From: Deltaproteobacteria bacterium
Lineage (GTDB): Bacteria > Desulfobacterota > Desulfarculia > Adiutricales > Adiutricaceae
Assembly: GCA_031269825.1 (NCBI GenBank)
Contig: JAISYP010000100.1
Span: forward strand, 240 to 64,239
Length of the DNA stretch: 64,000 nt
Direction: 5' to 3'
The position numbers and the translations under genes are program-made. The notes under the pieces are model-generated. The model was not told the origin of the DNA. It made no database searches and saw nothing but the letters and a program-made list of their open reading frames with translations. Of the stretch, positions 52,360-62,043 are shown in pieces (the first letter of the stretch is position 1; every line of letters begins with the position of its first letter).

Positions 52360-53343
52360 CTAAAAAATCTCTTCCGCCAAGACGCGCCACATGACGCAGG
52401 CCAGATCAGGCGAATTAACCTGATTAAAGAACAGTCGACTGGGGCACTCGCCCGGGCAAGAGCCGCGCAAAAAACAATCTTGACAACGCGCTCCCTTAAG
52501 GACTAGCTCAGGCAAAGGACTTTTTAAAAACTGATCTGACCAGACGTCACCTAACTTAAACCGATCGTCAAAAGCCGTCTGCCCACAAGGGTAAACCAGG
52601 CCTAGCGGCGTCACCGCCAAAGAGGACTGGCGGCAAGCCTGGCAAAAAACTTCCATGGGACTCGCCTGATGACGACGCGAGAATTCTTCTTCCCTTAAGG
52701 TCAAGGGATTTTTCCGTCGGGCGTTGATTTGGCGTAAAGTTTGGATTAATCGCCTAACCCCTTTGGCCAAATCATCTTTAGTTATCGCGGGGACTTGGGA
52801 GCGACCTTTTTGGATCAAAAGATCTAAGCCTAGCCCTCGAGCCAGGCCATATTGAGACAAAATCAAAGGCGTCTGATAAAGATTTAAGCCATTAAAACTG
52901 GTCACCACCGTGGTCACCACAAATGGCCAATCTAAGCGCTCCAAAACCCCTAGTCCCCTTAAAACCTCCCGACTTCGCCCCCTTTGCGCGTCATTGATCG
53001 CGGGCGCCCCATCCAGACTAACGCCGATTTCTATTGAATATTTTTTAAGATCCCGAACCAGATCCGCCTCCAGACGCAGGCCATTGGTTTGTAAGCTGAT
53101 TCGATAAGGCCGACGTAATTTTTCCGCCGCCTTGGCCACGGCCACGATCAACTCTGGAACCAAGGTGGGTTCCCCGCCAGTCAACTGGATCCGCAATGGC
53201 CCCGTCCCCGCGGCGGCTAAAGCCAGGGCTGGCTCGATCATCGCCTTATCCATGTCTAGGGGAGACAAATCTCCATTGTAGCAATAGGCGCAACGTAAAT
53301 CGCAACGGGTGGTCAAAATAAGAATGAGATAATTAACGATCAT
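52360..53343 (-). CDS. Radical SAM protein with a SPASM-like C-terminal cysteine cluster
   Basis: The N-terminus has CDLRCAYC (Cx3Cx2C) and the GGEPTL motif. The C-terminus has CQAC...PCG...CQDC...CPGEC. It is the last gene of the riboswitch-led operon. Confidence 0.75.
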   Translation of the reverse strand: MIVNYLILILTTRCDLRCAYCYNGDLSPLDMDKAMIEPALALAAAGTGPLRIQLTGGEPTLVPELIVAVAKAAEKLRRPYRISLQTNGLRLEADLVRDLKKYSIEIGVSLDGAPAINDAQRGRSREVLRGLGVLERLDWPFVVTTVVTSFNGLNLYQTPLILSQYGLARGLGLDLLIQKGRSQVPAITKDDLAKGVRRLIQTLRQINARRKNPLTLREEEFSRRHQASPMEVFCQACRQSSLAVTPLGLVYPCGQTAFDDRFKLGDVWSDQFLKSPLPELVLKGARCQDCFLRGSCPGECPSRLFFNQVNSPDLACVMWRVLAEEIF

Positions 53344-53454
53344 TAACGCGAACCTAAAAAACTACGCGAAGAAAGATCCGTCAAAAAAAGATTGGTCAAC
53401 AAAAGATTCGCCAATAAAAAATAGGCCAGCTATTAACCGCCCCCAAAAAACCTT

Positions 53455-54651
53455 TTAAGCCCATTTATCCACCAACCCCAAAGCCAATCCCCGAGCCACC
53501 AATTGTAAAAAGCGCCCATCGTCCAAAGCCTCGGACGGCGAGGGCGACAAAACCTGGGCGTAATGAGCGACCAGATCCAGTCGACCACTGACCGCGGCCG
53601 CCAATTGACCCGCGAAAGCTCCCATGACCTCAGGCCAAATCAAAACCGGCAAAACGCCCCAGACAAATTGGTCGCGCGAGCTAGTCATCGCCATGGTCGC
53701 GGCCACAATCCAGGGATCATGAAAAAATCCCCGGTAATTATTGGTTAAAAGCTCTTTGGCCGAGGCGGGCAAAAACCGACCCACCATTTCCACCAATTCC
53801 AGGGAACTTAAGCGACGCCGCCCATCGGGTCGCTCGTTAAAACGCTCCAAGAGGATCTTCACCGAGCATTGCCGATCCGGGGTCATGCCATTTTGTCGAA
53901 TCAACACTTCCCGGGCCGCGTCATGGGTCACGCGGCCCAGCAATTCGCCCAATTTAAGGTGGTGGCCACCCCCGACCAAAGGTTTAACCCCCTCGATGAG
54001 TTTAGCCGCCACCCCCATTTGGTCAGTGCCCGTGCCGGAGGCCAGTTGAGCGGAATAACGAGAATTGACCCCCAGTTCCCCTAAGGCGCACGTTTTCGCC
54101 TCCGTGACCAGGGAGATGGCTCGAACCAAAGCCGCGGCGGTGAGGGGCCGATTGATAAAAGTTAAAATATTTATGGTGCCCTTATAAGGATCCTTGGCCT
54201 CTTCCAGACTCTTTGGCTCCTTTGGCGCGCTCAAAGAACGATAACCAGCCGGGCCTTCATGCCCCACGGCCGGATCCCCAGCCCGAGCCGCGTTGGACTC
54301 CACTCCGCCAGTGATGGCCGCGACCACGGTCAACTCCTCAAAAGACTCACTCTTAACGCTCAATAAACGCATGTTGGCCGCGGTGCCTAGCAAAGCGCAT
54401 TTATCCGGCGGTAACCCGTGGGCCGACAAAACCTGGGCTTGATAACCGGCCGGATCGGTCACCGCCAAAAGTCCCCTTTGATGCCCGGCCGGCTCGCAAC
54501 TTTGGTGATTGCCCAAATACTCCAGCCCTTCCTGATAACCCCCCTGATGGCGGGAAGTGGACAAAACCGCGTGCGGGGTCAAAAACCGGCCATAAACCAG
54601 TTTTTCTTCCCGGTGAATTTCCAGACCCTCATAAGGAATCGCCAACAGCAT
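53455..54651 (-). CDS. CbiZ-like (adenosylcobinamide amidohydrolase family) protein with a C-terminal extension of about 170 aa
   Basis: The N-terminal half (...AVLSTSRHQGGY...NHQ...VAAITGGVESNAARAG...) resembles the CbiZ family as I recall it. The gene lies between the cobN-like and radical SAM genes. The family assignment is not verified. Confidence 0.45.
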   Translation of the reverse strand: MLLAIPYEGLEIHREEKLVYGRFLTPHAVLSTSRHQGGYQEGLEYLGNHQSCEPAGHQRGLLAVTDPAGYQAQVLSAHGLPPDKCALLGTAANMRLLSVKSESFEELTVVAAITGGVESNAARAGDPAVGHEGPAGYRSLSAPKEPKSLEEAKDPYKGTINILTFINRPLTAAALVRAISLVTEAKTCALGELGVNSRYSAQLASGTGTDQMGVAAKLIEGVKPLVGGGHHLKLGELLGRVTHDAAREVLIRQNGMTPDRQCSVKILLERFNERPDGRRRLSSLELVEMVGRFLPASAKELLTNNYRGFFHDPWIVAATMAMTSSRDQFVWGVLPVLIWPEVMGAFAGQLAAAVSGRLDLVAHYAQVLSPSPSEALDDGRFLQLVARGLALGLVDKWA

Positions 54652-54825
54652 AACGTCTCGCTTGTCGGGCGCTCAGATTGGCCAAATGAGCGCGGTTTAA
54701 TAATAATTTTAGTTTTTTTTGGCTGGCGTTATTAGCTATTTGGCCCGCCGATTAATGGGCGCGCCGATTAATGGCCGCCCATTAAAATAGTTGACCGCTG
54801 ACAATGACCAGCCCAAAGGACGGTT

Positions 54826-57800
54826 TTAAACCGCCTTCGCTTTACGCGTCTCCGGAGGGCTGACGTCATTGATCTCTTCCAACTCGCCCTCCAGCTCTAG
54901 ATACGCTTCCTTTAACTGATCCTCCATCTGTTGGCTGGTCGACCACATGCCCCTCTTGATGGCCTCCAAAAGTTTATCCAAAATGTTTTGCCGGGCGTAG
55001 GGGTTCACTTCCCGCATCCATTTAGCCATTTCGGGATCCAAAACCCAGGCTTGGGCGGCTTTTTCGTACATCCAGTCGTCAATAACCTCGGCCGTGGCGT
55101 CCCACCCCAAAATGACGTCCATCATATGGGAGATGTCCCCAGCCCCTTTGTAACCATGCCTTTTGAGGCCATTAAGCCACTTAGGGTTCACCAGCCGCGC
55201 CCTTAACACGCGTTTGGCCTCCTCAAAAATGTTTTTGACTTTAACCCGCTCTGGATCCGAGCTATCGCCCACGATGGACAGAGGATATGTCCCCCGAACG
55301 GATTTAGCGGCGGCGATCAGACCTCCATAATAATTGTAGTAATCCGTGCAGGAAAGTAGATCGTATTCGCGCGAGTCCTCGTTTTTGACCGTCACGTCCA
55401 TGCGGGCTAAATTGCGTTTAAAATTGTCTGGCCGAACCAGCCCATAACTACCTTGGCCATAGGCGTGGGCCGAGTGAAGAATATAGGCGTCGGCTAAATC
55501 TTGTCGCTCCGTCCATTTTTTGGTTTCAATCAGCTCCTCCACCCCGGCCCCATAGGTTCCCGGCGGGCAGCCAAAAAGCCGAAAAGTGGCTTCCCTAAAG
55601 GCGTCTTCCGGAGTTTTTCCCTCGCTTAAATAGGTGGCCACGTCCACTTCCACGTGACGACGGATAAAATTGGCTTCCACCGGCTCGCTTAAAAGGGCCA
55701 CCATCCTCACCGCCTCATCCAGCCTTTCCACCAAATTAGGAAAGGAGTCCCGGAAAAATCCGCTGATCCGGGGCGTGACATCGATCCGCGGCCTCTTAAG
55801 CTCAGACAGCGGAATCACTTCCAAGCCCTCCACCACCCCGTCCGGCCGCCAGATCGGTTTTAAACCCAATAGATACAAAATCTCGGCGATGTCATCGCCT
55901 TGGGTACGCATGGTGGAAGTTCCATAAACAATAATCCCGATGTTCTCTGGGTAATGGCCCGTGTCGCGCCTAACTCGGTCAATCAACGCGTCGCCCAAAG
56001 CCACGCCAATTTTCCAAGCCGCGCGGGAGGGAACTTTGCGTGGATCCACGGAATAAAAATTGCGCCCCGTGGGCAGAATATCCGCCTGCCCGCGGCTAGG
56101 CGAACCGGAGGGCCCAGGTTTAACGAACCCGCCGGCCAGACTATGGAGGGCCGCGTCCAACTCCTCGGAGCACAGACGGATATTGGGAACCAGTTCCGAG
56201 CCCACCCAGAATAAAGTCTCCTCCACCAAAGGCTCGGAACGACCCAAAACCTGGGCGACCACCTCTTTAGCCTGGAGCGGGTCAAAAGCTAAAGCGGCGT
56301 AGTTTTTAACTAAGCTTAAGGCTTTTTCATGAGCCTGGCTAATAATTTGACCGCCGCTTAGGCCCCCCGAATCGGGCAAAACTTTACCGCGGTTTTCCAG
56401 GGCCACGTCATAATCGAAACCGGCCATCTGGACTAAGGATTCGCGTAAAGAAGGCGTGGAGCCATTTTTTAGTCTCGTCAATTGAACCACAAACTCGCTT
56501 AAGCGATCGCCCTCGGGAGCCACGCCCAAAATATGGAGTCCATCGGCGATCATGGTGTCCGACAATTCATGGACATAGGCGTGGAGTTTAGCCAAAAATT
56601 CGTCAAACCCCTCTTCGTCCGGTTCCCCCGTTTCCAGATCTTTATCTAGGTTAGCCATGACCGTGGCTTCCCAAATGGCTTCGCGCAAGGTCGGTAACTT
56701 ACTGGGATCGCCTAAGGCCGCTTGCCGGTACTCGGCCACCGACAATTCGATCTTAGCCAAATCGTCATACAGATCCGCGTTGGTGGAAGCCGGGGTCAGA
56801 TGGTCGATAACACAACAGTAAGAGCGTCGTTTGGCCTGAGTTCCCTCGCCGGGATCATTGATGATGTAGGGATAGATGTTGGGTAGTTCCATAATGGCCA
56901 GATCTGGCCAACATTGCTGGGACAACCCCAAAGCTTTCCCCGGTAGCCACTCTAAGCTCCCATGTTTACCCACGTGGATAACCGCCTGGGCCCCCCAAAC
57001 ATCCCTTAACCAGCGATAATGGGCCAGATACTGATAAGGCGGGGGCAAACGTAGATCATGATATTTTTTTTCCACCGCCTCAAACGCGCCCCGGGTGGGT
57101 TGGATGGTCACGAAGACGTGGCCATTGGGAAAACCGGCGAAAAACATCTTCTGGTCATAAACAAACAGATCGCCCGGCGGCTCGCCCCACAACTCCCGCT
57201 GGTCAGCCCGATTACTGGCCGGCGGCTCCAAAAGCCAAGGCTGGTAAAGCTCCGGCCCCGCCTGGGCCTCCGCCCGGGCGGCCATCATTTCCGGGGTGAG
57301 CCACCTTTGATCGGAAGTCAGTTTACTAACAATGGTTTTGGCTAAGGCGTCTTTTTCGGGAAAAGTGTCGGTCACTAGGTAGTCTTGGTCTTGGAGGGAT
57401 GACAAAATCTGACTCACGGAAGCGAAGCTATCCAGGCCAGAGGCGCAACCGATCCGGTCGTTTCTAGGCGGATAGTGATGGAAAATAATGGCCAGCTTTC
57501 GCTCTTTGGCCGGGGTTCGCCCCAGACGCCCCCAATTGATGGTTAACCGGGCCAGCTTGCCGGTTCTTTCCAAATCCGGAACCAAGGAGCTGATCAGGCC
57601 ATGGGTGATGGGGTCAATCTTATTTTCCTCCCGAAAGGCCACCGGCACGGTGATCAGTTTGCCATCAAACTCGGGCATGGCTCCCGAATGAGTGACCTCC
57701 ATGGTGGACAGACCCTGCCAGCCCTCAGCCCAAGTTTGACGAGGGGAATAGGAGCAAATACCTTGGATAACTGGAACGTCTAGTTTGGGCAAGATGGGTT

Positions 57801-58626
57801 TGTAAGTTTGATCCATTAAGTTCATGGACATGCTCATCAGATCCAAAAGAACGTCAATCCTCGCCTGGCCTCGCTCGTCTAGGAAAAACTTGTCCACCAC
57901 AAAACCTGAGCCTGGGTTGCCCATCTCCGCGTCTCGATAGCGCGCGTGAAATAGCGGCAAGACATTGGCCCCCTCCGCCTCGATGGCCCGGATCATGGCG
58001 TCGACGAATTCCAAGTTATCGTTAACCCAATATGTGTGATAGAACCACAACCCCACGGTCACCCGGCCTGGAACGATTTTTTGGGCTAAATAATCAGCCA
58101 ACTCCACTGGCCCCGGAAAATCCGGATGATAAATTCCGTCAAAAGGTTGTTTTTTCGGCTCCAAAAAACCCCAGGCCGCCTCAGGCTCTATATGATCATG
58201 GAGCCGAGCCAGAAAATTTTTAATATTGCCCCGTCCCCCATGGGTTAAATAAGGACGGCAACTGTCCCAAATGGGCCCTGGCTCTGGGGTTAACTCCAAG
58301 GCCGCCGACAATGATTCCGCGTCCCCGCTGGCCGGTTGGCAATGGACTAAAGGCCGCTCGTCGGGCCCTAAAGCCTCTAACCCGGTTTTTAACGCCTTAA
58401 AGGCGGGAAAATAATCCCGGCCCCCATGCAAAGACAAAACCACGGCTTGGGAGCTTAAGGCCTGGCGGGCGAACTCTTTTTGTCGGGCTTGGTCAAAAAG
58501 CTGGGACTGGCTACGCGCGTAGACCTCAATGGCCCGTCCTTCCCTTTGAAGAAGAGCGACGGCCGCTGACAAAGCCGTAATATCAAAACCGCCGGAACTG
58601 AAATAGGTCACCTTGAAACTGGGCAT
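54826..58626 (-). CDS. cobN: CobN/Mg-chelatase large-subunit family protein
   Basis: The 1266-aa ORF has the family hallmark VGKHGSLEWLPGK and the typical size. A GGAGG Shine-Dalgarno lies upstream of ATG 58626, and the gene is directly preceded by a cobalamin riboswitch. Confidence 0.9.
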   Translation of the reverse strand: MPSFKVTYFSSGGFDITALSAAVALLQREGRAIEVYARSQSQLFDQARQKEFARQALSSQAVVLSLHGGRDYFPAFKALKTGLEALGPDERPLVHCQPASGDAESLSAALELTPEPGPIWDSCRPYLTHGGRGNIKNFLARLHDHIEPEAAWGFLEPKKQPFDGIYHPDFPGPVELADYLAQKIVPGRVTVGLWFYHTYWVNDNLEFVDAMIRAIEAEGANVLPLFHARYRDAEMGNPGSGFVVDKFFLDERGQARIDVLLDLMSMSMNLMDQTYKPILPKLDVPVIQGICSYSPRQTWAEGWQGLSTMEVTHSGAMPEFDGKLITVPVAFREENKIDPITHGLISSLVPDLERTGKLARLTINWGRLGRTPAKERKLAIIFHHYPPRNDRIGCASGLDSFASVSQILSSLQDQDYLVTDTFPEKDALAKTIVSKLTSDQRWLTPEMMAARAEAQAGPELYQPWLLEPPASNRADQRELWGEPPGDLFVYDQKMFFAGFPNGHVFVTIQPTRGAFEAVEKKYHDLRLPPPYQYLAHYRWLRDVWGAQAVIHVGKHGSLEWLPGKALGLSQQCWPDLAIMELPNIYPYIINDPGEGTQAKRRSYCCVIDHLTPASTNADLYDDLAKIELSVAEYRQAALGDPSKLPTLREAIWEATVMANLDKDLETGEPDEEGFDEFLAKLHAYVHELSDTMIADGLHILGVAPEGDRLSEFVVQLTRLKNGSTPSLRESLVQMAGFDYDVALENRGKVLPDSGGLSGGQIISQAHEKALSLVKNYAALAFDPLQAKEVVAQVLGRSEPLVEETLFWVGSELVPNIRLCSEELDAALHSLAGGFVKPGPSGSPSRGQADILPTGRNFYSVDPRKVPSRAAWKIGVALGDALIDRVRRDTGHYPENIGIIVYGTSTMRTQGDDIAEILYLLGLKPIWRPDGVVEGLEVIPLSELKRPRIDVTPRISGFFRDSFPNLVERLDEAVRMVALLSEPVEANFIRRHVEVDVATYLSEGKTPEDAFREATFRLFGCPPGTYGAGVEELIETKKWTERQDLADAYILHSAHAYGQGSYGLVRPDNFKRNLARMDVTVKNEDSREYDLLSCTDYYNYYGGLIAAAKSVRGTYPLSIVGDSSDPERVKVKNIFEEAKRVLRARLVNPKWLNGLKRHGYKGAGDISHMMDVILGWDATAEVIDDWMYEKAAQAWVLDPEMAKWMREVNPYARQNILDKLLEAIKRGMWSTSQQMEDQLKEAYLELEGELEEINDVSPPETRKAKAV

Positions 58627-58679
58627 GCCGCCTCCTGTGAAGGCTCGCTAGTTTCGAGAAAGGATTTTCCGATCCAGAC

Positions 58680-58709
58680 AAAAAAAAACCGGATCGACCT
58701 TCGATCCGG
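58680..58709 (-). terminator. Riboswitch expression-platform terminator
   Basis: On the minus strand CCGGATCGA-agg-TCGATCCGG is followed by a run of T residues. It lies about 55 nt upstream of the cobN start. Confidence 0.75.
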
Positions 58710-58817
58710 GATGTCCCAATTTCATCGCCAGACAAGCGCCCTCCTTCCCATTTCTAACCCCAAAAGGTCAGAAGAAGGAGATAGACGAACGCCTGAGCCT
58801 AAAGGCGCGCGCCTCGA

Positions 58818-58980
58818 CAGAACAGGTAGGTCTTCTGGCTTTGGATCTCCCCTAACGTTCGCCTTCCCAGCTTTTGGCCAGTGGACAAAATGAACGCTAA
58901 GTCCCCGATTACAGCGGTGGGCCCGCCCACGATTCACACGCGGTTCCCTATTAAGTTGAGCGATTCAACGCCTGTTCCTG
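58818..58980 (-). promoter_or_regulatory. Cobalamin (B12) riboswitch aptamer
   Basis: The minus strand reads ...AAUAGGGAACCGCGUGUGAAUCGUGGGCGGGCCCACCGCUGUAAUCGGGGA...CCACUGGCCAAAAGCUGGGAAGGCG...AAGCCAGAAGACCUACCUGUUC. It contains the AGGGAA, GUGAAUC, GCCCACCGCUGUAA..GGGGA and CCACUGG..GGGAAGGC elements and a B12 box (AGCCAGAAGACCUACC). P1 pairing is GAACAGG with CCUGUUC. Confidence 0.85.
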
Positions 58981-59469
58981 AAATAACACCATACTACAAA
59001 GCCAGGAACCTGGCAACCAAATAATTGACGCTTATTTTGCGAGCTAATAATTAAACTAAGTTAGATAATTTAGCTTATTAAATATAAAATATGACAAAAA
59101 TAAAATTTAAATATATTTAATGATATTAATAAACAAATATATAGATCTTTTACAGGCTATAAAAAATATATAATCGCCCTATTGGATCTAGCGTAACTGG
59201 GGCTCGTTAACGTCAAAAAAATATAGTTCCCAGCGCTGGCCTAAATAACTTATAGAACTACTAAATTATTTCAGCGTAGAACCTATAGATGATTATATGT
59301 TTCGTAATAATTTAGTTAATCAAGATATATATTACTTCTATAGTATCTTTTTGACGCTAGCCTCCTATTGAGTTGAAAATTAGCTCTATTATTAGGTAAA
59401 ATTAGTCTGTTTAATCATCTTTAAAAGTTTGTCTGTCCTAGATAATCTTGGCGACGTCTCTGGCCTCAA

Positions 59470-59679
59470 TTATTCTAGCCCTGGTTTAGACAATATCATT
59501 CCGTCAATGGCCACGCCCACTTCCACTATGGCCATGGCTTGATCTTGGAATTTGGGGGACATCCCTTTTGTCCACGATTTGTTCCAGCGCGTCTCGGGCG
59601 ACTGGCCCACGTAAACCAGGCTGGCCCACATAAACCATAGTTCCTCTTCAATATGGGCGGTGAGGGCTATTTTATTCAA
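59470..59679 (-). CDS. Isolated 69-aa ORF (TTG start) forming a GC-rich island in an AT-rich spacer; possible gene fragment
   Basis: The only support is the composition contrast with its surroundings. No family was recognised. Confidence 0.25.
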   Translation of the reverse strand: MNKIALTAHIEEELWFMWASLVYVGQSPETRWNKSWTKGMSPKFQDQAMAIVEVGVAIDGMILSKPGLE

Positions 59680-59912
59680 TTCCGGGAGCCTAGGCGATTG
59701 GTCATTTTTTTTGTAGTTTTAAGACACAACTTGAAAATTGTTCGTTAGACAGAGTTTGGCCTCACGCCTGAGTTAGGCTAAGAAATTCCTTTAGATAAAT
59801 AAATTGTTTTCGGCTAAGGAGCTGAGGCCTAACCTACTGACAAGTTACCATATCTGGTTTCAACGCGGTTAGTATAATTTCCAGGGTTGATGGCTTCTCC
59901 ATAAGAAAAAGA

Positions 59913-59954
59913 GTTTTCCAGGCGTTTTCCAAGAGTTTTCAATTCGCTTTTCCC
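59913..59954 (+). repeat. Four direct repeats GTTTTCC/GTTTTCA/GCTTTTCC with an 11-nt period
   Basis: Copies lie at 59913, 59924, 59935 and 59946. They are preceded by TGATGGCTT (59888-59896), which is identical to the outer 9 nt of the MITE end. Confidence 0.6.
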
Positions 59955-60042
59955 AAAAACCAAATCTTATTTAATCGACTTTCAAAAATAGTTGAAGTCT
60001 AAAATCAGGAAAATTTTTTTGGCTGGTCTTTTAAAATTTTCA

Positions 60043-60082
60043 CAAATATTGACAAATATTGATAAATATTGACAAAGATGGA
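60043..60082 (+). repeat. 10-bp tandem repeat (C/T)AAATATTGA, 3 copies plus one degenerate copy
   Basis: The sequence reads CAAATATTGA CAAATATTGA TAAATATTGA CAAAGATGGA. Junctions between copies create TTGACA/TTGATA hexamers. Confidence 0.8.
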
Positions 60083-60767
60083 AAATCATCTTAAAATAAC
60101 TAATCTAACGCTGAGACTAAAATTTATTTTTTTGGGCGCGCCAGAGTAGAAAATTTTTTATTCTAAAAAATATTTAATCGCTAAACATTAGGATCTAAAT
60201 AATACCTAAAATATTCACTCTCCTGACATGATACACAATATAATAAAGACTATAAAGACGTTAATCAATATATTAAAGACAATAAAATCATTAAAAAAAT
60301 TATATCAATTGAATATTATCAAAATTAGTTAGTTAATATTGATGAAATTACTAACCAGTCTTAAATATTTTTTAAAATACAATTTTTATACCTTTTTATA
60401 AATTATATAAACCGTCATAAAAATAATAAATACGATATAACGCGTATATTACTAGTCAAATTGAATTTTTTAAAAAATAACTAAAAAATTACTCAACCAC
60501 GAAAATATCAGATATATAATGGATTTTATATGTTGATCTTGTTAAACTAACCAAAAGATTCCCGACCAGCGTCAGCGCTAGGGGGATCAATTGGCGCCGC
60601 CCGAGGGAAGTTTATTCCCTGGTTTATCAATTTTTCTCATAGTTGGGTTTTTAAGAGATCATTAAGGATCTTGAATGATTTTGAATAATATTGGAGGATC
60701 CTGAAGGATCATGAAGGAAAACCCAGGGATATATCCTCTAAATAGGGAGGAATAAGGAGGCTTTATT

Positions 60768-61970
60768 GTGCTCAGATTCAATTCCGCGAGCGTCCGCGTC
60801 GTCAACAGTGACCGAGCCATGGCCGAATGCGTGGAAATCGCCTTTCCTGACGGCGCGCCTAAAGAGCCCGGACTGTTTATCATAAACAGCGCCCTTGGGC
60901 ACAAGCTGGACAAACTTGGGAACGCCCTGAAAAAACTCGCCCCCCAGGCCGTTACAATAGGCTGTTCGGCCAGTGGAGTCATCGGCCGAGAAGGGGTGGG
61001 CGAATCAATGAGCGACGTGGCTATGATGGCCATCTCCGGGCCGCCCAATGAATGGGGCGTGGCTGGCGTTCGGGATATTTTTGGCCATAACGCCTATGAG
61101 AAGGGCCTGGAACTAGCCCAAGCCCTTAAAGCCAAAACTCCGGCCCCCAAAGCCATTTATTTGCTCTGCCCGGGGATTGATATCGCCAATGACTTGGTTC
61201 TGAAAGCCTTGATCGAGACCTTTGGCGAGGAGATCAACATTTTTGGCGGAACCTCCTCAGATAACATGCGCGGCCTAGTCAATTATCAATATTACGATGG
61301 CCAAATGGGCGAGCACACCGCTTGGGCGGTTGGCCTAGCCGATCCCACTCTTAAGGCGGTCACGCGAGCCACCCACGGTTTCACCGCTTACGGTCAGCCC
61401 TTAACGGCCACCAAAGTCGACCGACACCTGATTCAAGAATTTGATGGCAATCCCGCTTGGGCCGAGTACGCCAGTCGCCTCTCGCTCCCGCCGACTTCCC
61501 TCTGCGGCGACACCATCCCAGTAGGCGCCTTAGCCGAAAAATTGCCAGAGGATCTAGCGGCCGAATACGGCAATCCCCACATCCTGAGGGTCGTCACCAA
61601 ATATGACCCCGATGGGACGATTTATTACCCAGTTCTGGCCAAAAAGGGTCTAGAAGTCTGGCTGACCAGCCGAGACGAAGATCTGATTTTCTCCGAACAA
61701 CGACGCTCGCTGGAATGGATTAGCGCCAAAATGAACGGTCAGAAGCCCGTGGCCGTCTTTCAGACGGACTGCCTGGCTCGGGGGCGCTTTCTATTCAATA
61801 AGGTGGTCAAAGACGAACTCATCGCCATGGCGCGTTCCTTTCTCAATGACGAGGCCAACCAGACCCCGCCTTGGCTAGGTATGTACGGATTTGGCGAATA
61901 CGCCCAACTGGGCGGTCGCAACGTCTATCACAACTATTCCACCGCCTTGTTAACCCTATATCGAGAATAG
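60768..61970 (+). CDS. FIST-domain sensory protein
   Basis: The 400-aa ORF has a FIST_N/FIST_C-like pattern (GCSASGVIG..., IFGGTSSDN, GFGEY). It has a GTG start with an AAGGAGG Shine-Dalgarno 7 nt upstream and lies next to a hybrid kinase gene. Confidence 0.6.
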   Translation: MLRFNSASVRVVNSDRAMAECVEIAFPDGAPKEPGLFIINSALGHKLDKLGNALKKLAPQAVTIGCSASGVIGREGVGESMSDVAMMAISGPPNEWGVAGVRDIFGHNAYEKGLELAQALKAKTPAPKAIYLLCPGIDIANDLVLKALIETFGEEINIFGGTSSDNMRGLVNYQYYDGQMGEHTAWAVGLADPTLKAVTRATHGFTAYGQPLTATKVDRHLIQEFDGNPAWAEYASRLSLPPTSLCGDTIPVGALAEKLPEDLAAEYGNPHILRVVTKYDPDGTIYYPVLAKKGLEVWLTSRDEDLIFSEQRRSLEWISAKMNGQKPVAVFQTDCLARGRFLFNKVVKDELIAMARSFLNDEANQTPPWLGMYGFGEYAQLGGRNVYHNYSTALLTLYRE

Positions 61971-62013
61971 ACGCGTCCACCGCCCTGTTAACCCTATATC
62001 GAGAATAGACGCG
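61938..62013 (+). repeat. 38-bp tandem duplication spanning the FIST gene stop codon
   Basis: TCCACCGCCTTGTTAACCCTATATCGAGAATAGACGCG (61938-61975) is repeated at 61976-62013 with one mismatch. Confidence 0.9.
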
Positions 62014-62043
62014 TGTCAATCTTTAGGAAGGAGCGTCGAAGAG

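Noticed and set aside
52198-52506. 102-aa plus-strand ORF
   Set aside because: It overlaps the 3' end of the radical SAM gene on the opposite strand and has an arginine/lysine-rich composition typical of antisense frames in GC-rich DNA.
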